From an uncultured Gammaproteobacteria bacterium (GTDB taxonomy: Bacteria; Patescibacteriota; Microgenomatia; JALYQM01): a stretch of 64,000 nucleotides of DNA. Below, one piece after another: positions 54,689 through 63,594 of the stretch. How positions within the stretch are numbered: the stretch's first letter is position 1; each line of letters begins with the position of its first letter. The translations under genes were made by a program, and so were the position numbers. The stretch spans positions 98,573 to 162,572 of the forward strand of contig CAZHTP010000001.1 of NCBI GenBank assembly GCA_964535655.1, written 5' to 3'. Below the pieces are notes generated by a model. The model worked only from the letters and a program-made list of their open reading frames with translations, was not told where the DNA came from and did no database searches.

Positions 54689-55228
54689 ATGACAAGTGTT
54701 CATAAAACAGGTTTAGTTATTGTTTATACAGGCAACGGTAAAGGAAAAACAACTGCTTCGGTAGGCCTTGCGGTACGTGCTGCTGGATATAAACGAAAGG
54801 TTCTTTTCCTCCAGTTTATTAAGGAATGGTTTACTGGCGAGAAGGAAACGTTTAAATTGCTTGAGCCCTATATTACATTTGTGCAAATGGGACAGGGATT
54901 TGTGGGAATTTGGGGGGACCGGAAAGATCGCGCAGTGCACGATACAGCTGCCGCTGAAGCATTTGGTTTTGCAAAAGAAAAAGTTAACTCTAAAGAATAT
55001 GATGTAATTATCTTGGATGAAATTAACGTTGCGATAAAAGAAGGGTTAATTAAAATTGAAGATGTATTGGAGATGGTTAAAGGACGGCCAGAAGAGTTGG
55101 ATATTGTTTTAACTGGGCGTGGTGCTGATGAAAAATTAATTGGAATCGCAGATCTAGTAACAGAGATGAAAGAGATAAAGCATCCGTTTCAAAAGGGCAT
55201 ACTGGCAAAACGAAGCATTGATTTTTAA
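54689..55228 (+). CDS. cobO: ATP:cob(I)alamin adenosyltransferase (CobO/BtuR-type).
   Basis: GLVIVYTGNGKGKTTASVGLAVRAAGYKRKVLFLQFIK matches the CobA/CobO P-loop family. Confidence 0.85.
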   Translation: MTSVHKTGLVIVYTGNGKGKTTASVGLAVRAAGYKRKVLFLQFIKEWFTGEKETFKLLEPYITFVQMGQGFVGIWGDRKDRAVHDTAAAEAFGFAKEKVNSKEYDVIILDEINVAIKEGLIKIEDVLEMVKGRPEELDIVLTGRGADEKLIGIADLVTEMKEIKHPFQKGILAKRSIDF

Positions 55229-55271
55229 TTTTCTGGTTGAGTTATTTATCCAATTGTTTCATAATGCTTGT

Positions 55272-55742
55272 ATGATGGTTCTTCATAAAGCACACAAGGC
55301 TGGAGTAAGACATTGGCATGTATATATGTTTGGGATCTCACTTATTGTTATAGCGAGTGCTGCTGCCGTGCGTGATTTGCGGATTCGAGAAAAGTTAACG
55401 CTTGAGCATTTGCGGGAAGTGGAAGTGGCTTATTCCCAAATAGCTCCTTCGGCTTCACAGGTACTTGGTGCTCATTTGGATAATAATTCGTTAACTTCGA
55501 TTCGTCAGATTGGGCATAAAGGAGTATCTGTTTTGGCTCGATTACAAGAAAATCATGTTGTAATAGTAGAGTACACGGAAGATGGCACACTCGTGAAATC
55601 TATTGATGGAGCAGGAAATACTGAAGATGCGCGTCGAACTTTTGCGCATTGGAATTATTCAATAAATGGTAAAGAAGCGACCATATCGGCTGATCGTTTT
55701 GTGCCGAAAGATGGAGATGTTATACTCTGGGAGTATAAATAA
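55272..55742 (+). CDS. Membrane-anchored DUF4430-like protein (transcobalamin-like beta domain), a putative cobalamin-binding protein.
   Basis: After a TM anchor (MFGISLIVIASAAAV), the C-terminal block VIVEYTEDGTLVKSIDGAGNTED...WNYSINGKEATISADRFVPKDGDVILWEY fits the DUF4430 pattern. The gene is adjacent to cobO and nrdJ. The start codon is uncertain. Confidence 0.55.
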   Translation: MMVLHKAHKAGVRHWHVYMFGISLIVIASAAAVRDLRIREKLTLEHLREVEVAYSQIAPSASQVLGAHLDNNSLTSIRQIGHKGVSVLARLQENHVVIVEYTEDGTLVKSIDGAGNTEDARRTFAHWNYSINGKEATISADRFVPKDGDVILWEYK

Positions 55743-55754
55743 GTTGCATTAACG

Positions 55755-56735
55755 ATGAACTGGGTTGACCTGTGTATTTTTCTCATTCTCTTTTATTTTG
55801 CATATCGTGGTTTCGCGATAGGCTTTGTAGGTTCGCTGCTTAATTTAATTTCCTCGATACTCGCGGTTTTAACCGCTGTTCGTTTTTATCCCCAAGTTGG
55901 TGCCTTCTTTGTTGATTCACTTGGCGCCAATAAATTTGTTGGCCCGGTTCTTGGTTTTTTTGCCATCTTAATTGTGGCTGAATTCGCTATTTCGTTCGTC
56001 TTTTCGTACTTATATCGTTTTGTAATGAAGCTTTTCTTATGGTTAAAGCCACTGTATTGGGTGGATAAAATTGCAGGAATATTCCCGCAGCTTGCAATGG
56101 GAATTGTGTTGCTGACTACAGCGGTTATTGTGATGTTACGTCTCCCATTCAATACTGATCTAAAAAATGCGGTACTTGCTTCATATTGGGGAAAAAATGT
56201 AGTTCCGCAGGCTGCTATTCTTGAGCCGCAAATGAGACAACTACTTGGTGCTATTCCTCAAGAAACCTTACTTTATCTCATTCCAAAAACCCCCACATCT
56301 GAAGAATCGATAAAAATGAGTTTTCCGGATATTAATTCGATGGAGCTAAAAGAAGATCCTGATTCAGAACAGGAATTGTTTAAACTGGTAAATCAAGAGC
56401 GAATGGCCGTCGGACTTAAAGTATTAGTATGGGATCCAAACATAGTTCCTGTTGCTCATGCTCAAAGTATGGATATGTTTAAACGATCATATTTTTCGCA
56501 TATTAATCCCGACGGCAAATCGCCGTTTGACCGAATGACTGAAGGAGGAGTAAAGTATACGATCGCGGGCGAGAATTTGGCGTATGCACCTACGGTAGAA
56601 ATTGCTCACAAAGGATTGATGAATTCACCGGGACATCGGGCTAATATTTTGCGTCCAGAATTTGGCCGCATTGGAATTGGTGTGATTGATGGTGGAATTT
56701 ATGGGAAAATGTTTACGCAAAACTTTGCAGACTAG
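55755..56735 (+). CDS. CvpA-family membrane protein fused to a C-terminal CAP/SCP/PR-1-like extracellular domain.
   Basis: The N-terminal 4-TM region is CvpA-like (MNWVDLCIFLILFYFAYRGFAIGFVGS). The C-terminus GENLAYAPTVEIAHKGLMNSPGHRANILRPEFGRIGIGV matches the CAP-domain signature. Confidence 0.7.
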   Translation: MNWVDLCIFLILFYFAYRGFAIGFVGSLLNLISSILAVLTAVRFYPQVGAFFVDSLGANKFVGPVLGFFAILIVAEFAISFVFSYLYRFVMKLFLWLKPLYWVDKIAGIFPQLAMGIVLLTTAVIVMLRLPFNTDLKNAVLASYWGKNVVPQAAILEPQMRQLLGAIPQETLLYLIPKTPTSEESIKMSFPDINSMELKEDPDSEQELFKLVNQERMAVGLKVLVWDPNIVPVAHAQSMDMFKRSYFSHINPDGKSPFDRMTEGGVKYTIAGENLAYAPTVEIAHKGLMNSPGHRANILRPEFGRIGIGVIDGGIYGKMFTQNFAD

Positions 56736-56817
56736 CCTATAGTCTTTTAATTTTCAAATTATTGTGATATACTTACCGGATTGTAAAAGGTGACGCTTAC
56801 TTCTGAATTTTTCTCCC

Positions 56818-56846
56818 TTGATATTAGTAGCATCATCGTGTATTAT
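56818..56846 (+). promoter_or_regulatory. Putative lon promoter (TTGATA-N17-TATTAT).
   Basis: TTGATA lies at 56818-56823 and TATTAT at 56841-56846. It is immediately followed by and overlapping the CIRCE-like element. Confidence 0.4.
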
Positions 56847-56869
56847 CACTATACCCCGTTGAGTGCTAA
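56843..56869 (+). promoter_or_regulatory. CIRCE-like HrcA operator upstream of lon (TTATCACTA-N9-GAGTGCTAA).
   Basis: The right arm is identical to the CIRCE consensus GAGTGCTAA. The left arm matches TTAGCACTC at 7/9. The spacer is exactly 9 nt, and the position relative to the -10 is the same as at hrcA. Confidence 0.5.
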
Positions 56870-56943
56870 CTGAGATATTACCCCTTGTGTTTATTTCGGT
56901 TACGTGGTTTGTTAGTTATAAGTTAGTAGAGAGGAGAGGAAGC

Positions 56944-59382
56944 ATGTCTTCAACAATCTATTTAGATGGGAAGCCGGTGAAGTTGCGGGAAGAACTGCCT
57001 TTAGTTTCTTTGAGGGAAAAAGTAGTATTTCCTTCTTCATGGGAAAGTTTCTCAATTAATAGGGATAAATCCAAACTCGCGTTGGATGCATCCACAACGA
57101 CAAATGGACTTGTCGTTTTTGTTTGTCAAAAAAATCCACAAACTGTTAACCCTGATTCCAGCGATATGTACGATGTTGGCACCATTGCCCGCATTCGTCG
57201 TTTCTGGAAAGTTAATGGCGATTATAATCTTACCGTTGAAGGGTTAACCCGAGTCTATATTAAAGAATATGTTCAAGATGAACCGTATTTTGTAGTTCGC
57301 TGTGAGGAGATTCCTGAATTGACTACACATAATGATGAAATCGAGGCATTAGTTGCGAATATTACTGCGCAAATGAATCACTACCGGGAGGTAGGTGGAC
57401 ATTTGTCGTTAGAGTCTTCAATTGCGATCTTTTCTGCAGAAGACCCTAATCAATTGTGTAATGCTATTACTGCCGGTGTGGATTTTAAGCCATTTGATAA
57501 ACAGCAAATTCTTGAGATGGTAGACACTCGGGATCGCTTACAAAAGGTAAGTGAACTTCTTGCACACGAAATTCGTGTCCTTGAAATTGGTCAAAAAATT
57601 GCGAACCAAACACAGGAACGTGTTAAGCGAGTTACCAAAGAGGCAATTTTGCGCGAGCAGATGAGTGCAATTAAAAAAGAGCTTGGTGAAGATGAAACAG
57701 AGGATGAAAGTGCAAATGAAGTAAGTGGCCTTAAGAAAGCAGTTAAGAATGCTAAAATGCCTAAAGAAGTACAAGAGAAAGTTGAAAAAGAAATTAAGCG
57801 ACTTTCTAAAATGCCAGCTATGAGCCCTGAAGTTTCATACCTGCGTACATATATCGATACCGTTCTTGAACTTCCCTGGGGAGTTAAGACTGAGGCAAAA
57901 GTTAATGTGTCGGATGCTGAGAAAATTCTTGATGAAGAACATTACGGTTTAAATAAAGCTAAAGAACGTATCTTGGAGTTTTTAGCTGTGCAAAAACTTG
58001 CCGGTAAAATGAAAGGTCCAATTCTTTGCTTTTCGGGTCCTCCAGGAGTAGGAAAGACTTCAATTGGAAAGTCTATTGCTAAGGCATTGGGACGTAAATT
58101 TGTAAAAGTATCTTTAGGCGGAATTCGTGATGAAGCAGAAATCCGCGGACATCGCCGCACGTATGTTGGTGCCTTGCCGGGAAGAATTATTCAGGGTATT
58201 AAACAGTCCGGTTCTTCAAACCCCGTGTTTATGCTTGATGAAATAGATAAAATTGGTAATGATTACCGGGGTGATCCTTCGGCAGCTTTACTTGAAGCGC
58301 TTGATCCTGAGCAGAACAATAACTTCTCAGATCACTACTTGGAAGTTCCGTTCGATCTTTCGGATGTGATGTTTATTGCTACGGCAAACGTTTTGGAAAC
58401 AATACCGCATGCGCTTCGCGATCGCTTGGAGATAATTGAATTCCCAGGCTATACGGAGCATGAAAAATTCCAAATTGCTGAAACGTATCTGGTGCCAAAA
58501 CAGGTTGAGAATCACGGTTTGAAGGAGAATCAATTTACTCTTACCAGTGATGCTTTAAAGAAAATTATTAATTCGTATACACGAGAGGCAGGTGTGCGAA
58601 GTTTGGAGCGAGAAGTTTCTGCTGTAATTCGTAAGGTGGCGAGAAAAGTAGCGGAAGACAAGGGAACTGAATTCACTATTGATTTGAAAGACGTACCTGA
58701 ATACTTGGGTCCAGCAAAGTTTAGCCCTGAGATTGCTGAAAAGGAAAACGAAATTGGTATGTCAACCGGGTTATTCTGGACTGAAGTGGGAGGAGGAATT
58801 CTCTTTATTGAAGTAAGTGTTGTTCCTGGCAAGGGACAGCTCACCTTAACTGGCTCACTTGGTGATGTAATGAAAGAATCGTGTATGGCTGCTATCAGCT
58901 ATGTACGTTCACGTGCATCGGCTTTAGGATTGGATGAGAAGTTCAACCAAAAGGTAGATATTCATGTCCACGTTCCATCAGGCGCTGTACCCAAAGATGG
59001 TCCATCGGCAGGTGCGGCTATAACAACTGCGTTAGTGTCAGCCTTAACACGAATTCCAACTCGCAAAGATGTTGCGATGACTGGTGAAATTACTCTGCGC
59101 GGTAGAGTAACTGAAATTGGTGGCTTAAAGGAAAAAATTATTGGTGCACACCGTGCTGGAATTAAAACCGTAATCATTCCTAAAGAGAATGAGAAAGATA
59201 TTGTTGAAATTCCTGATATGGTTAAAAATGATTTGAACTTCTATTTTGTAGACCATATGGATCAGGTTTTACCAATAGTTTTGACTGAAAAGATTAATGC
59301 GTCAAAGCCTCAAAAATTAGGAATTCGTAAGAATCCTGAAAAAAAGGCTAAGGATGAAGATTTTAAAGTTGCGGTTGGATAA
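56944..59382 (+). CDS. lon: ATP-dependent Lon protease, full length (LON N-domain, AAA+, S16 protease).
   Basis: The RBS is GAGGAGAGGA. The N-terminal motif is LPLVSLREKVVFP, Walker A is GPPGVGKTS, and the protease active site is PKDGPSAGAAITTALVSAL with Ser and a downstream Lys. Confidence 0.92.
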   Translation: MSSTIYLDGKPVKLREELPLVSLREKVVFPSSWESFSINRDKSKLALDASTTTNGLVVFVCQKNPQTVNPDSSDMYDVGTIARIRRFWKVNGDYNLTVEGLTRVYIKEYVQDEPYFVVRCEEIPELTTHNDEIEALVANITAQMNHYREVGGHLSLESSIAIFSAEDPNQLCNAITAGVDFKPFDKQQILEMVDTRDRLQKVSELLAHEIRVLEIGQKIANQTQERVKRVTKEAILREQMSAIKKELGEDETEDESANEVSGLKKAVKNAKMPKEVQEKVEKEIKRLSKMPAMSPEVSYLRTYIDTVLELPWGVKTEAKVNVSDAEKILDEEHYGLNKAKERILEFLAVQKLAGKMKGPILCFSGPPGVGKTSIGKSIAKALGRKFVKVSLGGIRDEAEIRGHRRTYVGALPGRIIQGIKQSGSSNPVFMLDEIDKIGNDYRGDPSAALLEALDPEQNNNFSDHYLEVPFDLSDVMFIATANVLETIPHALRDRLEIIEFPGYTEHEKFQIAETYLVPKQVENHGLKENQFTLTSDALKKIINSYTREAGVRSLEREVSAVIRKVARKVAEDKGTEFTIDLKDVPEYLGPAKFSPEIAEKENEIGMSTGLFWTEVGGGILFIEVSVVPGKGQLTLTGSLGDVMKESCMAAISYVRSRASALGLDEKFNQKVDIHVHVPSGAVPKDGPSAGAAITTALVSALTRIPTRKDVAMTGEITLRGRVTEIGGLKEKIIGAHRAGIKTVIIPKENEKDIVEIPDMVKNDLNFYFVDHMDQVLPIVLTEKINASKPQKLGIRKNPEKKAKDEDFKVAVG

Positions 59383-59406
59383 TGCTTCAATTGTTATCAA
59401 GATCGG

Positions 59407-59437
59407 AGAGCGAATCGAAAGATTCGCTCTTTTTTTA
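59407..59437 (+). terminator. Intrinsic terminator after lon (AGAGCGAATC-gaaa-GATTCGCTCT followed by TTTTTTT).
   Basis: A perfect 10-bp stem is followed by a 7-T run. Confidence 0.75.
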
Positions 59438-60265
59438 TTTTAAAGCTATTTTGATGTAAGAACGATCGTCAAATGAAATGTTTCCTGTTTGTAATCCTTT
59501 AGTAGTTTTGTATCGCTTGTAGCACAATGGGTCATCAACTAATACCATTTTCAAAAACCTTTCCGATTTTTCTAGAGTATCGAAAATCTCTGGATATCCA
59601 TCTGAGGCCAGAACAATTTCTTCTAAATCGGGAGCAATATCTATAATTTGAATGCCTTGTGGGTTCTTAAAAAAACCATCAATTACGTAAAAATTAAAAT
59701 CGCTTGGTTCGTCGGAATTTTGGAACATTACCTGTTTTATTAGTAGTGGTTTAATGTATTCTCGACCAGTGTCATTTTTTTTAAGTTCCTCTTCAGTTAC
59801 TCCGCGGCGAAGTTCAGACTGAATAAAGAATGATCTAACTTGGGAACAAATGTCTTCAAGCAATAAAGGGCTGTTAATATATTCGTTTCCGATTATTGCA
59901 AGGCCACTTCCTAATATCCATATCTGATTTTTCGCTTTACTATATACTATCATTGAAGCACCACAGCGTTGGTTAATATGATGGTTCATTTCAATGGTTA
60001 TCTTATTTTTGTTGTACCATTTGGTTATTGATTTATTGCATTCAAAAAAAAACTTTTCTGCATTTGACTGGGGATTAATTGAAGGAATACATTCAGTTAT
60101 GCATTGGACTGCTATTTGGCCTGAAGTTAAATTATTCCATTTCTTATCAATTTTACTTGTTATTCCATCGATTATGGCAATGAAATTACCATCTATATAA
60201 ATAGCATCTTCGCATGTTTCCATGCGGCCGGTTTTGGACTGAATAAATTGTTCAATAACCTTCAT
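59435..60265 (-). CDS. PP2C-family Ser/Thr phosphatase-like protein.
   Basis: PP2C motif-like elements are present (ETCEDAIYIDGNFIAIIDGITS, LASDGYPE, ISFDDRSYI). The lack of a GG after DG suggests a divergent member. Confidence 0.5.
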   Translation of the reverse strand: MKVIEQFIQSKTGRMETCEDAIYIDGNFIAIIDGITSKIDKKWNNLTSGQIAVQCITECIPSINPQSNAEKFFFECNKSITKWYNKNKITIEMNHHINQRCGASMIVYSKAKNQIWILGSGLAIIGNEYINSPLLLEDICSQVRSFFIQSELRRGVTEEELKKNDTGREYIKPLLIKQVMFQNSDEPSDFNFYVIDGFFKNPQGIQIIDIAPDLEEIVLASDGYPEIFDTLEKSERFLKMVLVDDPLCYKRYKTTKGLQTGNISFDDRSYIKIALK

Positions 60266-60284
60266 AGTTTTTGGCTAAACTATG

Positions 60285-60608
60285 CTATTTTACTACACTT
60301 ACAGTAATTTGACCATCTGGCTGGTTTTTATTGACGTCTGAGTGCGTTTCATGAATAATTCCGCCATATTTATTCCAAACATAGGTGCCTTCAATATGAA
60401 CGGTATCGCCAACTTTAAGATTTAGTGGTGGATTACGGTCGATATTGTAGACGATCAGTAGTGAGTGGCGATTAGGGGTCAGTATAAGGAAGCGTTGATG
60501 CTTAACTCCGGTTTCATCGTTAGGAAGAAGCTCGGAGACCACTCCATTGGCAACAATATAGATATCGCGGAGATGTTGCTCAAACGCTTGTTCGGGAGTT
60601 ATTAACAT
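60285..60608 (-). CDS. DUF3465-like small protein.
   Basis: KHQRFLILTPNRHSLLIVYNIDRNPPLNLKVGDTVHIEGTYVWNKYGGIIHETH matches the DUF3465 conserved pattern. Confidence 0.5.
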   Translation of the reverse strand: MLITPEQAFEQHLRDIYIVANGVVSELLPNDETGVKHQRFLILTPNRHSLLIVYNIDRNPPLNLKVGDTVHIEGTYVWNKYGGIIHETHSDVNKNQPDGQITVSVVK

Positions 60609-60663
60609 GAGTTACAGCTTATATTGAATAGAGGATAGCGTCAAGAACTGGTATAATGGACGT

Positions 60664-61377
60664 ATGAAAGCTATTTTTATTGAGAAAGTGCAGGTTACGC
60701 CTACAGATTGGTCTTTTCGATTTAATAAACCTGAGGGTTTTGTATATAAGGCGGGCCAATATTCAGTTATTCGAGTTCCTCCTATTAATGAAGACTATCG
60801 TAATAATGTTCGTACCTGTTCTACCTCTTCTTCTCCCACCGAACCATACGTTCAGTTTACTTTTACTATCAGGCATACGGGATTTAAGGATACTTTAATG
60901 GATATGGATCCTGGCTTTGAGGTAGAGATGTATCCTGCGGTAGGGAAAATGACTCTGGAGGATGTTCCTGCTAAGAAACTGGTGATGATAGCTGGCGGAA
61001 TTGGTGTAGCACCGTATCGAGGCATGATCAAGTATGCGTATGATACAAAGATGTCTGGCACAAAAATAACCCTTTTATATTCAGATAAAACGTTGAGTGA
61101 AATTGCATTTCGTGATGAATTTGACGCTATTGCTGCTGATTTCCCTTCCTTTACTCCGGTCTACACACTTACTAGACATGTTCCTGTCGACGGTGATTGG
61201 AATGGCCCACAAGGACGAATTGATTCCGGGTTTATTAAAAAGTATGTGGAAGATTTTGAGGCGACAAAATTTATGGTTTGTGGCCCGGAACAGATGGTTC
61301 GTTCAGGATTATCCTATTTGTGGGAATTAGGCGTTCCTCAAGAAAGCATTGCGGCTGAATTGTTTACAGGATTTTAG
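60664..61377 (+). CDS. Ferredoxin-NADP(+) reductase-family FAD/NAD(P)-binding oxidoreductase.
   Basis: The FAD-binding motif is RVPPINEDYR..R.CSTSSSP (an RxYS-like motif). The NAD-binding motif is MIAGGIGVAPYRGMI. The C-terminus reads KFMVCGPEQMV. Confidence 0.75.
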   Translation: MKAIFIEKVQVTPTDWSFRFNKPEGFVYKAGQYSVIRVPPINEDYRNNVRTCSTSSSPTEPYVQFTFTIRHTGFKDTLMDMDPGFEVEMYPAVGKMTLEDVPAKKLVMIAGGIGVAPYRGMIKYAYDTKMSGTKITLLYSDKTLSEIAFRDEFDAIAADFPSFTPVYTLTRHVPVDGDWNGPQGRIDSGFIKKYVEDFEATKFMVCGPEQMVRSGLSYLWELGVPQESIAAELFTGF

Positions 61378-62525
61378 CTTTTTATAATGTACGTTTTAAC
61401 AAGCGATTCCAGTGACGAAGAGGCCCAGCCTGGGTATCCGGCGATCTTTCCTAAATTAAATCCGACTGTTGCTAAGTAATAGCCAATACTTCCGATGACT
61501 ATCAATAAAGGTAGACTGAGCATTGTGTATAAGAGAATCTTTCCAATAAGGGGTAAGATGTTAAGCGACATAATCGTCGTAACTACCGTGTTCTTAAATA
61601 CATGAGGTGTACCTTCTGGTAGCGCATCTTGTTTTTTAATTAGAAGTTTTGGAAGCAGTTCCTGTTTATCTACTTTTACATTAACGTTTTTAGTATTGCT
61701 CATAGCTGAAGATTTTGGGGTATCATTTTTTAAAGCACTCACTTTCTTTTCGAGTGCAGCAATTGCATCAAATTTTGAATTGGATGAATGTATTGGAGGC
61801 ATCTTGGGCTTTTCTGGCAAGGGATTTACTGGGAGGTTTATTTCTTCTGCCTGCTTGGTTAGTAAAACTGGTGCTTTGGGAATAGCGACAGGTATGGATT
61901 CCTGTTTAGGAAGTTCTGATCGGACGTTTGAGGTTCTTGAGTCATACGCGGTAAACTCAGCAAAAGTATCATTCATGTTATTTTCTGGTATTTCAAGTGG
62001 GGGCGCAGGGCGCTTGTCTTCGGGATTTTCAAATTTATTTATCTTATGAAGAATATTTACTACATCGGGAAATGCCTGTTGAAATGGAGAAGAAAGTGGA
62101 GCACCAGTTTCTATGGAATTTCTAAATGTTTTAAGATTATCCGTTGAGGGAACACTATATGTTTTGATGTGGTATTTATTTACCTCTTCCTGTGTTTTTT
62201 CGGAATAGACATTAACTTGAACTTCAGCGATTCGTTTTGATTTTTTTCCAGTTAATTTTTCGACGTCGATATTGGGGAGAAATAATACAACAAAGAGAGT
62301 ATATATCCGAATAAAGGGATTGAATATTGAAAATTTTCTTTTCTGGGTTGGTGGTAATGGGATTGGGGCAATTTCATGCGAAGCCTGAATTAATTCTTTA
62401 GGTTGAATTAACATTGAAATTACGTACACAATATATGCGGCAACGGCATCAAAATTTAAAAGGACTACTCCCGCAGCGGCACACAAAAATATTAGTGGCA
62501 GAAATTGAACTATAAATTGGAGCAT
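61374..62525 (-). CDS. Hypothetical membrane protein (TM helices at both termini, large soluble middle region).
   Basis: The N-terminal helix is FLPLIFLCAAAGVVLLNF and the C-terminal helices are LLYTMLSLPLLIVIGSIGYYLATV. No family was recognised. Confidence 0.5.
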   Translation of the reverse strand: MLQFIVQFLPLIFLCAAAGVVLLNFDAVAAYIVYVISMLIQPKELIQASHEIAPIPLPPTQKRKFSIFNPFIRIYTLFVVLFLPNIDVEKLTGKKSKRIAEVQVNVYSEKTQEEVNKYHIKTYSVPSTDNLKTFRNSIETGAPLSSPFQQAFPDVVNILHKINKFENPEDKRPAPPLEIPENNMNDTFAEFTAYDSRTSNVRSELPKQESIPVAIPKAPVLLTKQAEEINLPVNPLPEKPKMPPIHSSNSKFDAIAALEKKVSALKNDTPKSSAMSNTKNVNVKVDKQELLPKLLIKKQDALPEGTPHVFKNTVVTTIMSLNILPLIGKILLYTMLSLPLLIVIGSIGYYLATVGFNLGKIAGYPGWASSSLESLVKTYIIKS

Positions 62526-62595
62526 ATACTCTGAAGTAAAGTATAGCAGTATAAAAGGTCAAGTCAAAGATTCTAAAAACGCTTTAATAGAGGTG

Positions 62596-63081
62596 TTATC
62601 TAGTGAGAGTTGTGTGAGAATATTTGATGTCATTGAATTCCTTTTTATCCTCACTTACAACTGTCTTAAATTCTTTATATTCAGGAAAAAAAGTATCGCA
62701 TTCGAATGATTCCTGAATGATAGTAAGCATCAATTTATCAGTGAAAGGGAGAGCATCCTTATACATTTGAGCACCACCTATAATGAATATTTCTTCTTTT
62801 TCAATTTCACGAGCTTTCTCGATTGCTTCTTTAATAGTATGTACTACGATGCAATTAGATGGGGTGTATTCGGGATTTCGTGTAACTATAATGTTAATTC
62901 TGTTGGGTAAAGCATTACCTACTGAATCGTAGGTTTTTCGCCCCATTATAACTACATGGCCCGTAGTTGTTTCCCGAAAGAATTTCATGTCCTCAGGAAT
63001 TCTCCATGGAATGTGGCCTTCTTTTCCAATGCCTCGGTCTTTATCTATTGCAGCTATTGCGGTAACGGGTATTGTATTCAT
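62596..63081 (-). CDS. folA: Dihydrofolate reductase.
   Basis: AIAAIDKDRGIGKEGHIPWRIPEDMKFFRETTTGHVVIMGRKTYDS matches the DHFR signature. Confidence 0.88.
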   Translation of the reverse strand: MNTIPVTAIAAIDKDRGIGKEGHIPWRIPEDMKFFRETTTGHVVIMGRKTYDSVGNALPNRINIIVTRNPEYTPSNCIVVHTIKEAIEKAREIEKEEIFIIGGAQMYKDALPFTDKLMLTIIQESFECDTFFPEYKEFKTVVSEDKKEFNDIKYSHTTLTR

Positions 63082-63575
63082 GATTTTGTGCTCCTTAAGC
63101 TATTGTATTTTAGTTCTTTTCGAATTAGTTGAAGCGCATCAGCTATTGCTTGTTTAGTGTTAGGAAGCAAGTGATGGTTATCGAGTTTACTAATGAGAAT
63201 CCATTCGGGGATTGTGTCGAATTGTTCGATCAAATCTCCTTCTACCTTTATTGTAACAAATGTTTGCATTGCTGTCTTCTTTATTACGCTGTCTTTTTTT
63301 TCTCGATCTGCAATATATAATTTATCGGGATCATGGATAAGATTTTCTTGTTCCACTTTTAAACCGGTTTGTTCAGAAAGTGTTTTTTGTGCAGTAACGA
63401 TTGGGTCTTCAATTGAGTTTGATTTTGAAAAAGGTAAGGAGTAAATATATTTTATTTTTTCTTCTTCGGTTTCATCAACTTTTTTCATTAAAAGAACGCG
63501 ATCACCTCTCAAACATACTACACCGATAAGTAGTGTAGTTTCCTGTTCAATTTCGGGTGAGAGTAGTTCAGACAT
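63078..63575 (-). CDS. Hypothetical protein with a degenerate Nudix-like motif.
   Basis: LIGVVCLRGDRVLLMKK...EDPIVTAQKTLSEQTGL loosely resembles a Nudix box. The gene lies between thyA and folA and overlaps folA by 4 nt. Confidence 0.35.
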   Translation of the reverse strand: MSELLSPEIEQETTLLIGVVCLRGDRVLLMKKVDETEEEKIKYIYSLPFSKSNSIEDPIVTAQKTLSEQTGLKVEQENLIHDPDKLYIADREKKDSVIKKTAMQTFVTIKVEGDLIEQFDTIPEWILISKLDNHHLLPNTKQAIADALQLIRKELKYNSLRSTKS

Positions 63576-63594
63576 ATGTTATTATATGCTTTAT

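Noticed and set aside
55218-55271. The ORF-track start of the DUF4430-like gene at 55218, overlapping cobO by 11 nt.
   Set aside because: The first 18 codons are hydrophobic junk overlapping the cobO stop. A downstream Met (55272 or 55326) gives a conventional positively charged N-region plus TM anchor. The start was moved, though the exact codon remains uncertain.
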